A stretch of 32,000 bases of DNA, taken from NCBI GenBank assembly GCA_021650915.1, contig CP091279.1:540001-572000 (forward strand), read 5' to 3'. The translations under genes and the position numbers were made by a program. The stretch's first letter is position 1, and the number at the start of each line of letters is the position of its first letter. The notes below the pieces were generated by a model. That model did not search any database and had not been told where the DNA came from. It saw only the letters and a list, made by a program, of their open reading frames with translations. This DNA comes from Candidatus Brocadia sp. Its GTDB lineage: Bacteria; Planctomycetota; Brocadiia; Brocadiales; Brocadiaceae. Positions 8,310 to 16,795 of the stretch are shown in pieces.

Positions 8310-8469
8310 GATTGCTTCGCTTCGCTCGCAATGACAACGTACAATATGTCATCGGAGGCATAGCCAGTGTCATTGCGTGTGTAAATGTGCTGATTGCTGT
8401 GTAATGGAGGAACAGTATTGCATCAACGACATAGCCAGTGTCATTGCGAGGGTCTTGTCCGAAGCAATC
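8310..8469. repeat. inverted-repeat element (gattgcttcg...ctcgcaatgaca / tgtcattgcgag...cgaagcaatc) with internal 19-bp direct repeat
   Basis: The left arm (8310-8336) and right arm (8439-8469) are imperfect reverse complements. catagccagtgtcattgcg is repeated directly at 8359-8377 and 8430-8448. Translation gives the ...LLRFARNDN... type junk peptide seen in the track ORFs. Confidence 0.65.
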
Positions 8470-8550
8470 TCCCGCTTTCACAACGGAGAATTGGTTACGA
8501 CGGTACCGCGCCATGCATTGTTGGCAGGGGCAGAGAGTTATGACCGCATG

Positions 8551-11118
8551 TTATATCAATCCCCGTTCATAATTTCCCATCGTTGCGTATTTCATTGTCG
8601 TCCTGTTTTGAATGCCGGAGAATATGTCCTCTATCATTTCAGGCGTATAATCCCGCCAACACAAATCGATCCTGAAATCCCGTTGTCCTGCCTCAAGGAG
8701 TTTTGGAATACGGTGGATGATGGAAAATGGCCTTTCGCCAATGACTACGGTCTTGCATCGGTCATTGATGGCGACAAATCGGTCGCCATGTTCATTTTCG
8801 ACCGTTACCTGCCTGAAACCACACTCGGATATGCCGGGGCATCTTCTTTTCATATTCGCCCACACACAGGTCTCGGAGATAAAAAGGGGGGTGTCCTGGT
8901 AGATAATGAGATCGGCATCTGCGGAATACAGTGTTTGGAGGTTTTCTTTATCATCCTCCGGAGATAAGGTATACCGGCAAAAACCTAATTTCCTGAGTTG
9001 TGCAGCAGAAAGCGGATTCAGACAATACAGCGGGTAATCGGCATACCATAGCACGTCTTTTGTCTCAAAGATATCCAAAGCGCCCAGATTAGAAAGCTGG
9101 AACTGCCGAAAACCCAGCGCCATCAGCTTCTGCACGATTATTTTTATATCCCCAAACGTTTCAAGCCCATTCCCTCTGTCGCGCATAATGACCGGCAATG
9201 AAAATACAATCGTGTCTTGTAACGGTAACAAGGTATTTATGACATCGTATGCTTCTGTTGAGCCGGTAGCAGTTTCAACCGGCAACAGCTTTTTCAACAC
9301 TGCTTTGTCACTTCCTTTGGGAGAGGCAGAGAGAAGGGGAGACATATCAGTTTTTTTTGTTGACCCAAGGGCCATGAGAACTTCACGTGACAATACCACA
9401 TAGATCTTATAAATCTTTTCTAAAGGAACGTGATTCAAATACTGCAATTTATCTATCTTCAGGGATAACCTGATCCCATCTTCTCCTGAAAATCTCTTGC
9501 ATGGATTGCGGTATTCAAGAGTTACTTCCTTTATCCAGTTTTTTATGCCATGAGACATTCCTTCTTTCTCCTTCTGGTACGCTACGGACAGATTCTGGAA
9601 AAAATCTCTCCGAATTTCGTTCAACGTACTGAAGGGGATAAAGAGTTTTTCAGAGACATCGGTATGAATATCCCTGAGCTCAAACGGTGTTGCTCCCAGA
9701 CGGGAAAAGGCGTCTCTGATATGCTCCTCTCCAATTGCCCAATGAATACCCTGCTCCAGTTTTACCGGGTAATCCTTTGTCAGGGTGACATGCCTCGTTA
9801 TTCCCTTTATCGATACACCATGAGGTCTTATCTTCACTTCCAAATTCACCGGTATCCTGGTGGGAATAAGCTTTTTCGGAACTTTTAGACTCAGCGTCTC
9901 CCTGACCTTTTGCGAAGAGATTAGATAGAGTTTTGCTCCTGGCATAAAACGTTGTTCTGAACCAATGGCTGCGATATCGCCCGCGTGTATTTCAAAGACA
10001 CGCCTTCCGTCAATTTCAAGGCTTTTAACATGCAGCAGCGATGGTTCTGCCTGAGAATTATCAAACACCTGCAACAAATCCCTCACACCAATATCGTTAT
10101 CTGCCCGTATCACAACTTTTCCCCTTCTCGTGTCGATTACTTCACCGGCATAGGAACCGACATTTGCGGGATATGATGGGTTAATGGTGTCTGTTGACTT
10201 GACCTGATACTGTGTACCGTTTTTGGTCTTCCGGGAATCTTCAGGAAATACATACGCATGGGTCGTTTCCCTGCTGAATACGGTCCTTATCCTGTGCATG
10301 GTCTCATCTAAGCCGGGCAGCCTGCCGTCAATCGCCTGCCGGTAGGCGTGTGTTACAACGGCGACGTATTCGGGCGATTTCATACGGCCTTCTATCTTGA
10401 ATGCATGGACACCCGCAGCTATCAGCTTGTTAATCTGTGAAATGGTGAGGAGGTCTTTCATAGAAAAAAGATAGCCACCATCACCCGATGACGTTTTGTA
10501 CCGCATCCTGCAGGGCTGGGCGCACCTGCCGCGATTTCCACTCCTGCCGCCGGTCATACTGCTGAAAAAGCAGAGACCCGAATAGGAATAACACAAAGCC
10601 CCGTGGACAAAGACCTCTGTCTCCATCGCGGTATTCCGGGCAATATTCGTTATTTCATCCATCGGCAATTCACGGGCAAGAACAACGCGCTGAAAACCCA
10701 TCCGTTCCAGTTGTTTCACTCCTGCAAGATTGTGGATGGTCATCTGCGTGCTGGCATGAAGGCTGAACTGCGGGAATCGGGATTGTAGTAAAAAGAGCAG
10801 CCCAAGATCCTGGAGTATCAGGGTGTCGGGCTGAAGTTCTTCCACCGCGATTAAGAGGTCGACAATCTTTTCCAGTTCCTGGGTTTTCATGAGGGTATTA
10901 AAGGCAATATAAATCTTAACCGCCCTCTTGCGGGCATGGGCAATGGCCTTGCTGGCGTCTTCAAGGGTAAAATTCTCCGCCGCTGCGCGGGCGCTGAAAT
11001 CCGGCAAACCAAAATAGATGGCATCGGCCCCGTTTTCAAGGGCGGCAAAAAAGCACTCCATATTGCCTGCCGGTGAGAGTAATTCAGGTTTTTTTTGTTG
11101 GGTATTGGGGGAGGACAT
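8551..11118 (-). CDS. peptidase U32 family protein, long form
   Basis: N-terminus ELLSPAGNMECFFAALENGADAIYFGL..FSAR is the canonical start of the U32 family. It contains the E..VHGALC.SYSG.C and GRSGNRG.C.QPCR motifs. The roughly 450-aa C-terminal extension is typical of long U32 proteins. Confidence 0.9.
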   Translation of the reverse strand: MSSPNTQQKKPELLSPAGNMECFFAALENGADAIYFGLPDFSARAAAENFTLEDASKAIAHARKRAVKIYIAFNTLMKTQELEKIVDLLIAVEELQPDTLILQDLGLLFLLQSRFPQFSLHASTQMTIHNLAGVKQLERMGFQRVVLARELPMDEITNIARNTAMETEVFVHGALCYSYSGLCFFSSMTGGRSGNRGRCAQPCRMRYKTSSGDGGYLFSMKDLLTISQINKLIAAGVHAFKIEGRMKSPEYVAVVTHAYRQAIDGRLPGLDETMHRIRTVFSRETTHAYVFPEDSRKTKNGTQYQVKSTDTINPSYPANVGSYAGEVIDTRRGKVVIRADNDIGVRDLLQVFDNSQAEPSLLHVKSLEIDGRRVFEIHAGDIAAIGSEQRFMPGAKLYLISSQKVRETLSLKVPKKLIPTRIPVNLEVKIRPHGVSIKGITRHVTLTKDYPVKLEQGIHWAIGEEHIRDAFSRLGATPFELRDIHTDVSEKLFIPFSTLNEIRRDFFQNLSVAYQKEKEGMSHGIKNWIKEVTLEYRNPCKRFSGEDGIRLSLKIDKLQYLNHVPLEKIYKIYVVLSREVLMALGSTKKTDMSPLLSASPKGSDKAVLKKLLPVETATGSTEAYDVINTLLPLQDTIVFSLPVIMRDRGNGLETFGDIKIIVQKLMALGFRQFQLSNLGALDIFETKDVLWYADYPLYCLNPLSAAQLRKLGFCRYTLSPEDDKENLQTLYSADADLIIYQDTPLFISETCVWANMKRRCPGISECGFRQVTVENEHGDRFVAINDRCKTVVIGERPFSIIHRIPKLLEAGQRDFRIDLCWRDYTPEMIEDIFSGIQNRTTMKYATMGNYERGLI

Positions 11119-11132
11119 AAATATCTTGATGG

Positions 11133-11197
11133 GGGGGGAAGCATTTGCTATCCGGGATATAAGGTTGCGTTCAAATTGTCAGCAAATGCTTCGCCTC
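11133..11197. repeat. hairpin repeat of the GAAGCATTTGC family
   Basis: gaagcatttgct (11138-11149) pairs with agcaaatgcttc (11181-11192) around a 31-nt loop. The arms are near-identical to the inner arms of the 5337-5406 element. A G8 tract at 11131-11138 abuts it. Confidence 0.7.
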
Positions 11198-11212
11198 TAC
11201 GTATGATCGCAA

Positions 11213-11254
11213 ACAAAGTTGCCGAAGGTCTAATTTAATGTTAAGGAATTTCAA
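11213..11254. repeat. dispersed intergenic repeat (copy of the 28532-28575 unit, opposite orientation)
   Basis: acaaagttgccgaaggtctaatttaatgttaaggaatttcaa aligned by hand against the reverse complement of 28532-28575 gives 36/42 identities. Confidence 0.65.
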
Positions 11255-11459
11255 TTACCGAAAATTGGCTGCTCAAAATACAACAATGATCACGACCTGG
11301 ACAAGCAACGATTGCCACGGAAATCCATTCATGAGGAAAGGCCATGCGTCGCGTTTCCAATAATACCTGACAGATAAACATTCCCTGATCATCTGTTCCA
11401 TAAAACCATTTTTGAAGGCGACTTTTGTAAGGTATCTCCGGAGTTTGCTTCGGGTACAC
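11241..11459 (-). CDS. hypothetical small ORF (72 aa), doubtful
   Basis: It is the only ORF in a 600-bp repeat-rich gap. It has a GTG start, I recognise no motif, and it overlaps repeat sequence at its 3' end. Confidence 0.15.
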   Translation of the reverse strand: MYPKQTPEIPYKSRLQKWFYGTDDQGMFICQVLLETRRMAFPHEWISVAIVACPGRDHCCILSSQFSVIEIP

Positions 11460-11488
11460 CTCTTGTAAAAGGAGACGATTCAGATTTT

Positions 11489-11678
11489 ATTTGGTGGATA
11501 CGCTCCGCTTTATCCACCCTACATTATTACCTTGCCACATGGACAATCGGGTAGGGTGGATTAAGGCGATTGCCTTGTATCGCCGTATCCACCAGCCCTT
11601 TCTTAATCCACAGACATTTCTTTACTCCCTTGCCGGATTATTTTATTTGGTGGATGCGCTCCACTTAATCCACCCTAC
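11489..11678. repeat. cluster of three REP-like hairpins (BIME-like arrangement)
   Basis: Copies lie at 11489-11522 (ggtggata/tatccacc), 11551-11597 (gtagggtggattaaggcgat...atcgccgtatccacc) and 11645-11678 (ggtggat/atccacc then ctac). Orientation alternates -,+,-, and each copy carries a GTAGGGTGGAT head. Confidence 0.75.
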
Positions 11679-11717
11679 CACAAATCCGCATACATAAAAT
11701 GAAAATTTCTGTACAAT

Positions 11718-12497
11718 TTAGTTGTTTTCCCTGACTACACGGCCCGACACATGCTGGATCGGCCTTGCGTCATACTTAAATAATGAACGAAACTTATGCA
11801 ATCCCACCGCTGATACCTCAATGGGAGTCTTGAGGATTAACCAGGTCACATTTTCCGTACACGGCGGTGTTGTGAGCGAACCAGGATAGGTATAATAGGC
11901 CGTGGTATTCCTGGGAAGGAGCTGACTCGCACAAATCTTTACATCATGGACAATATGTTCCTGTCCCACGTCTTTCGGAAAGTTGCTCCACAGGGTTTTT
12001 ATGAATGCATTTTCTTTGCCTTCCCCAATGAGTACGGCGACAACGGCGATATGTTCATGTTCCCCCTTGTGTACCAGATGCGCCTCCATTTCGTAATGTT
12101 TTCCGTGTATGACGTGTTCACTCGGCGTATGAAAGTGAAACTGTACGAGGTCGTATTTCTTATGGCCAATCGTGATGAAGCTTCCCTTTTCATAGTTGAT
12201 CTGGATGGTATGACCGTTGTTTATGATCTTCAAAGGGACTGGGTAGTAATGAAAGACAATCTCGTCCAGTTTGGCCTTTTCCGTTACGGAAATACCGATC
12301 GGTGATTGCATATCACCTATTTTACAGTGCCATTGTTCGAGAACCAGCTTGTCCCAATGATCAGGGCCAAGGTCGCCTTCGTAATCCCAGTGGGGTGAAC
12401 TGGTATGCTCAGCGGCAACAGCGGGCTGAAAGGCAGATGCAAGTAATGGAAGGAATACGAAAACCGGTGTGATAAGAATATATTGAAAAATCTTCAT
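11718..12497 (-). CDS. alpha-class carbonic anhydrase, secreted
   Basis: It has a signal peptide. Motifs: HWDYEG..GP..W, QSPI, Zn ligands in QFHFHTPSEH...MEAHLVH, and YYTYPGSLTTPPCTENVTW. Confidence 0.93.
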   Translation of the reverse strand: MKIFQYILITPVFVFLPLLASAFQPAVAAEHTSSPHWDYEGDLGPDHWDKLVLEQWHCKIGDMQSPIGISVTEKAKLDEIVFHYYPVPLKIINNGHTIQINYEKGSFITIGHKKYDLVQFHFHTPSEHVIHGKHYEMEAHLVHKGEHEHIAVVAVLIGEGKENAFIKTLWSNFPKDVGQEHIVHDVKICASQLLPRNTTAYYTYPGSLTTPPCTENVTWLILKTPIEVSAVGLHKFRSLFKYDARPIQHVSGRVVRENN

Positions 12498-12626
12498 TTT
12501 GCCTCCGTTATTTAGGGGTTTAATGAATAGAATAAATGCATATATTCGTTATTAAGCAGTATTATATAGCATTGCTGAGGTTTCCTGTCAATTGAGAAAT
12601 TGCGCAAATGAGAGAGGAGTTATATA

Positions 12627-12655
12627 TTGACAGCTGGTACATGATCTACTATGAT
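12627..12655 (+). promoter_or_regulatory. sigma70-like promoter candidate
   Basis: TTGACA (12627-12632), an exact 17-nt spacer, then TATGAT (12650-12655). It lies about 275 nt upstream of the peptidase start codon. Confidence 0.4.
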
Positions 12656-12930
12656 TCAAAATGTTTCTGTACGCAGGTTTAATGCAATGGAATTTCGAAC
12701 GTTTTGCCCTCGCCTTACCCACTCATAATCCCCTTGTTCGACTGAGATCACTACAAAGTCCTGATAGGGGGTATGCGGGTATTTCTCCTTAAGAAAGGGG
12801 GCAAGGGGGGCGTTTATAACCGGCATTTGACGTGTAACTAAAAGCTGTTGTTGAAGTCAGCCTGACTTTTTTACCCATAGGTTCTTACGCAATTACAATT
12901 GATGTCAAGGAGGGGGGAAGACGATTGTTT

Positions 12931-15900
12931 ATGAGGAAAATACTTTCTATGCTTATGATTTTCGGACTCATGCTTGTGATGTGTTTTGACAGTGGGGTGG
13001 CGCATGACAACCGAACCGAAAAGGGGGAAGGGCAATTTTTGACAAACATCAGGCAACTGACCATCCAGGGAAAAAGCGCCGGAGAGGGTTATTTTTCTCA
13101 GGATGGAAAATTTTTAATCTTTCAGAGTGAACGTGACCCGGAAAACCCGTTCTACCAGATTTATATGATGAATTTAGAGAGCGGGGATACTCACCGGGTG
13201 TCATCGGGCGTAGGGAAGACGACATGTTCCTTTTTCAGGGCAAATTCCGACGAAGTGCTCTTTGCCTCAACGCATCTTGATCCCGACGCAAAAGCAAAAC
13301 AGCAGGCGGAAATTGAGTTCCGCGCTTCGGGCAAAAAACGCCGTTTCACGTGGGATTATGACGCCCATTACGACATTTTCTCAACGAAACGGGACGGAAG
13401 CGCATTACAGCGTTTAACTACCGCAATCGGTTATGATGCAGAGGGTGCCTATTCACCTGACGGTAGTAAAATTGTGTTTTGTTCACTACGGGATGCCTAT
13501 CCCACCGAAAAGCTTTCGCCAGAAAATCAGAAACGGATGGAAACGAATCCCGGTTATTTTGGTGATATCTATCTGATGAATGCCGATGGCTCTGATCAAA
13601 AACGGTTAACCACCAGGGATGGCTATGACGGCGGGCCTTTTTTCAGCCCTGATGGTGAACGGATTATCTGGAGGCATTTCAGTGAAGATGGTATGCTGGC
13701 AGATATCTACACGATGAAACTTGATGGATCAGATGTCCGCAGGTTAACCGACTTCGGGTCAATGTCATGGGCCCCGTACTATCATCCATCGGGCGAGTAT
13801 GTCATCTTTCACTCAAATAAGCAGGGATTCACGAATTGTGAATTATTTCTTGTTGACACCCGTGGGGAAAAAGAGCCTGTGCGTGTGACGTTTACAGACC
13901 GGTTTGATGGTTTGCCGGTATTTTCACCCGATGGAAAACTGCTTGCCTGGACTTCCGGGCGCACCGCGAACGGTGATTCTCAATTGTTTCTGGCGGACTG
14001 GAATCATGAAGCGGCACGAGAGGCCTTAAAATTATCCGGCAGCAGGCCTGGTCCACAGACAACAGAAACACCTTTTTCTCCCGACATGATGAAGCAGGGT
14101 GTCGGGACTGACCCTGCCCGTAAACAGCCAGAAACGGGCAGAAACGAAACGCATCGGTTTTCACCGGAAATTACTCCCGATGACCTTCGTGCGCAGGTGC
14201 ACTATCTGGCTTCTGACGAATTGGAAGGCAGGATGACCGGTAGCCGGGGCACACAAATGGCCGCTCATTTTATCGCCGGCTATTTTAATGAGATTGGTTT
14301 AAAGCCGCTCGGTGATAAGGGCAGCTACTTTCAGGAATTTCCTTTCGTCTCGGGATCAAGATATATCCCCGAACAAAACTCCTTGCACCTGATAAAAGAG
14401 GGAAAAGGAACAGAAACGGTATCATTTGAGGTGGAAAAGGATTTTCTCCCCCTGGCGTTCAGCGCCAACGGCAAGGTTGAAGGGCAGGTGGTTTTTGCCG
14501 GTTATGGACTGTCCGTTTCAGGAAACGAAAGGAATCGATACGATTCATATGCTGGTATTGACGTAAAGGATAAAATTGTTTTGGTTCTTCACCACGTTCC
14601 TGAAAAGGTTGATATGAAAAGACACCTGGAACTCAGCAGACACGCGGGGTTGCGTTATAAGGCAATGCTGGCGCGTGAGCGCGGGGCAAAGGCATTGTTG
14701 ATTGTTCAGGGGCCGAAGTCTTCCGAGTCAGGAAAATTGATCCCTCTTTCCGGTGATAAGGCGTCCGCGGACTCGGGAATCAGCGTGGTCTCCATCAGCG
14801 ACAAGGTAGCGGATGCCCTCTTTGCTGGTTCCGGCAGGAATCTTGAAGCTGTTCAAGCGGAATTGGACGTGGAAAATCAGCAGAGTGAGGGGAGTTTTCC
14901 CTTGCCACTGGTAAGGGTAAAAATTGCCATGGCGGTTGAACAGATAAAGGGAGCCGACCGTAATGTCCTTGGTTTCTTACCGCCCGGTGAAGGAAGTGAT
15001 AGCGCTGAGTGTATCATCGTTGGCGCTCATTATGACCATATCGGGTACGGTGGCGTCGATTCGCTGGCGCACAAAGGCGAAGAAGGCCAGATACACAATG
15101 GCGCCGATGACAACGCGTCTGGTGTCTCCATCGTACTGGAATTAGCGTCTTCCCTTGCTGAAGAACGAAATAAAAACCCGAAGGCCTTTAAACGCGGAAT
15201 TGTGTTTGCCCTCTGGTCTGGAGAAGAGCTGGGGTGCCTTGGTTCTTCCTATTTTGCCGCCCACCCAAAGGTACCTCTGAAAAATGTCATTGCCTATATG
15301 AATTTTGATATGGTGGGGCGGCTGCGGGATAACAATCTGATTGTCGAAGGCACTGGTTCCTCCAGCGCCTGGAGTCGTCTCATTGAAAAAGCCAATGTAA
15401 AGGCTGGATTCCAGCTAAAGCTTCTCCATGACCCATACCAGCCGAGTGATGTTGCTTCATTCTACCCGAAGGGTATCCCGGTAATCCATTTCTTTACCGG
15501 TGCGCATGAGGATTATAACCGGCCCACGGATGACCCCGTAACCCTGAATTATGATGGTATGGCGCGAATTGCAGGGTTTTCACGATCCCTGTTGGTTGAT
15601 TTGGTTCAGCAGGCTGAACGCCCTGCTTACGTGCAGGTAAGACAGCAGGAAGGGCAGAGGACAGAGAACGTCACCAGAAGGACTTCCTGGGGAACGATAC
15701 CTGACTTTACCGTTGAAATAAAGGAAGGGATAAAGATCAATACCGTAAAAAAGGATGAACCGGCTGATAAGGCGGGCATGAAAGACGGAGATATCATTGT
15801 TGAAATTGCCGGGAACAAGATTACGAATCTGTATGATTATAATTATCTGATGGATATCGCGGGGTTTGGTAAACCGGTTGAAGTAATCGTACTTAGAAAC

Positions 15901-15945
15901 GGAAAGCGTGAAAAATTAACCATCGTGCCGGTTGCGCGAAAGTAG
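12931..15945 (+). CDS. secreted multidomain peptidase: TolB-like beta-propeller (PD40 repeats) + PA + M28 aminopeptidase + PDZ
   Basis: It has a signal peptide. Repeated PD40-type SPDG..I.F blocks are present. The PA-like region is VVFAGYGL...IDVKDKIVLV. M28 metal-ligand motifs are GAHYDHIG, NGADDNASG and SGEELG..GS. The PDZ region is KKDEPADKAGMKDGDIIVEIAG. ATG 12931 is preferred over TTG 12925, with RBS aaggagggg at 12907-12915. Confidence 0.85.
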   Translation: MRKILSMLMIFGLMLVMCFDSGVAHDNRTEKGEGQFLTNIRQLTIQGKSAGEGYFSQDGKFLIFQSERDPENPFYQIYMMNLESGDTHRVSSGVGKTTCSFFRANSDEVLFASTHLDPDAKAKQQAEIEFRASGKKRRFTWDYDAHYDIFSTKRDGSALQRLTTAIGYDAEGAYSPDGSKIVFCSLRDAYPTEKLSPENQKRMETNPGYFGDIYLMNADGSDQKRLTTRDGYDGGPFFSPDGERIIWRHFSEDGMLADIYTMKLDGSDVRRLTDFGSMSWAPYYHPSGEYVIFHSNKQGFTNCELFLVDTRGEKEPVRVTFTDRFDGLPVFSPDGKLLAWTSGRTANGDSQLFLADWNHEAAREALKLSGSRPGPQTTETPFSPDMMKQGVGTDPARKQPETGRNETHRFSPEITPDDLRAQVHYLASDELEGRMTGSRGTQMAAHFIAGYFNEIGLKPLGDKGSYFQEFPFVSGSRYIPEQNSLHLIKEGKGTETVSFEVEKDFLPLAFSANGKVEGQVVFAGYGLSVSGNERNRYDSYAGIDVKDKIVLVLHHVPEKVDMKRHLELSRHAGLRYKAMLARERGAKALLIVQGPKSSESGKLIPLSGDKASADSGISVVSISDKVADALFAGSGRNLEAVQAELDVENQQSEGSFPLPLVRVKIAMAVEQIKGADRNVLGFLPPGEGSDSAECIIVGAHYDHIGYGGVDSLAHKGEEGQIHNGADDNASGVSIVLELASSLAEERNKNPKAFKRGIVFALWSGEELGCLGSSYFAAHPKVPLKNVIAYMNFDMVGRLRDNNLIVEGTGSSSAWSRLIEKANVKAGFQLKLLHDPYQPSDVASFYPKGIPVIHFFTGAHEDYNRPTDDPVTLNYDGMARIAGFSRSLLVDLVQQAERPAYVQVRQQEGQRTENVTRRTSWGTIPDFTVEIKEGIKINTVKKDEPADKAGMKDGDIIVEIAGNKITNLYDYNYLMDIAGFGKPVEVIVLRNGKREKLTIVPVARK

Positions 15946-16009
15946 TTCCCGTATCTCCCGCAAATTCACGGGTAATTTTCTGATAACAGTCTCAAAAAAG
16001 AGAGTCTGT

Positions 16010-16038
16010 TTGCTATTTCCCGCCAGGGGTGCTAGAAT
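16010..16038 (+). promoter_or_regulatory. sigma70-like promoter candidate with extended -10
   Basis: TTGCTA (16010-16015), a 17-nt spacer ending in TGC, then TAGAAT (16033-16038). It lies about 65 nt upstream of ATG 16103. Confidence 0.45.
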
Positions 16039-16102
16039 GTTTATCAAATCCCTCTTAATACCCACAGACTGAAAATTTATTTGTCGTTTGGAGGAGCATG
16101 AG

Positions 16103-16669
16103 ATGAGAAATATACTGATGGTAAATCTTATTGTAATCGGCCTGGCGAACATAGCCGGACCCGTTTCTGCAGGGTGGCTCCCGTCCGTGTCGGAAAATGC
16201 GAAGGACCAGGATGCCGATATCACACACTCACAGGTGTCGAAGGTCATTGCTGATTTTAAAAATCACTACCCGTATCTGGATATCTATTTTGAGAAGGCT
16301 CACGGTTATGCAGTCTTCCCAACGATAACGAAAGGGGGGCTGGGGATAGGGGCGGCTCATGGCAAGGGAGAGGTCTATGAGCAGGGAAAATTCATTGGCA
16401 CGGCGGATGTGAAACAGATAACTTTTGGCGCACAATTCGGTGGCCAGCAATACAGTGAGATTATTTTTTTCAAGGATAAGGCCACCCTTGAAGACTTCAA
16501 GGCCAGTAAGATGAAATTAGGGGCGCAGGCGTCTGCGATAGCAGCAACCTCAGGGGTTTCAGCAGACGCGGCATACAGTGAAGGCGTGGCAGTTACTACC
16601 CTGGCAAAAACGGGTTTAATGTACGAAGCAACGATAGCAGGGCAAAAATTTACCTTTAAACCAAGGTGA
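16103..16669 (+). CDS. SYLF (Ysc84/DUF500) lipid-binding domain protein, secreted
   Basis: It has a signal peptide, and the sequence GYAVFPTITKGGLGIGAAHGKGEVY...ITFGAQFGGQQYSEIIFF...KLGAQASA is typical of the SYLF domain. ATG 16103 follows GGAGGA (16090-16095). Confidence 0.8.
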   Translation: MRNILMVNLIVIGLANIAGPVSAGWLPSVSENAKDQDADITHSQVSKVIADFKNHYPYLDIYFEKAHGYAVFPTITKGGLGIGAAHGKGEVYEQGKFIGTADVKQITFGAQFGGQQYSEIIFFKDKATLEDFKASKMKLGAQASAIAATSGVSADAAYSEGVAVTTLAKTGLMYEATIAGQKFTFKPR

Positions 16670-16795
16670 TCATGTTCGATCACTTTGGAAACAATCTCGC
16701 CATATCCGAAACATAAAGACCCTTCCTCCTCAAGGGGATTTTTTGTCAATATTCTGAGGGGTGTGATGTTAAACTTTTTTTACGAGGCGGTTTCC

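Noticed and set aside
8377-8967. 196-aa plus-strand ORF
   Set aside because: Its 5' part is made of repeat sequence and its 3' part is antisense to the well-supported U32 peptidase C-terminus. It has no motifs.
16685-16795. N-terminal 37-codon extension of the ettA ORF
   Set aside because: EttA homologues start at the position of ATG 16796 (MSNQPDKIIYSMYRV). The extension has no RBS and runs into the SYLF gene's 3' flank.
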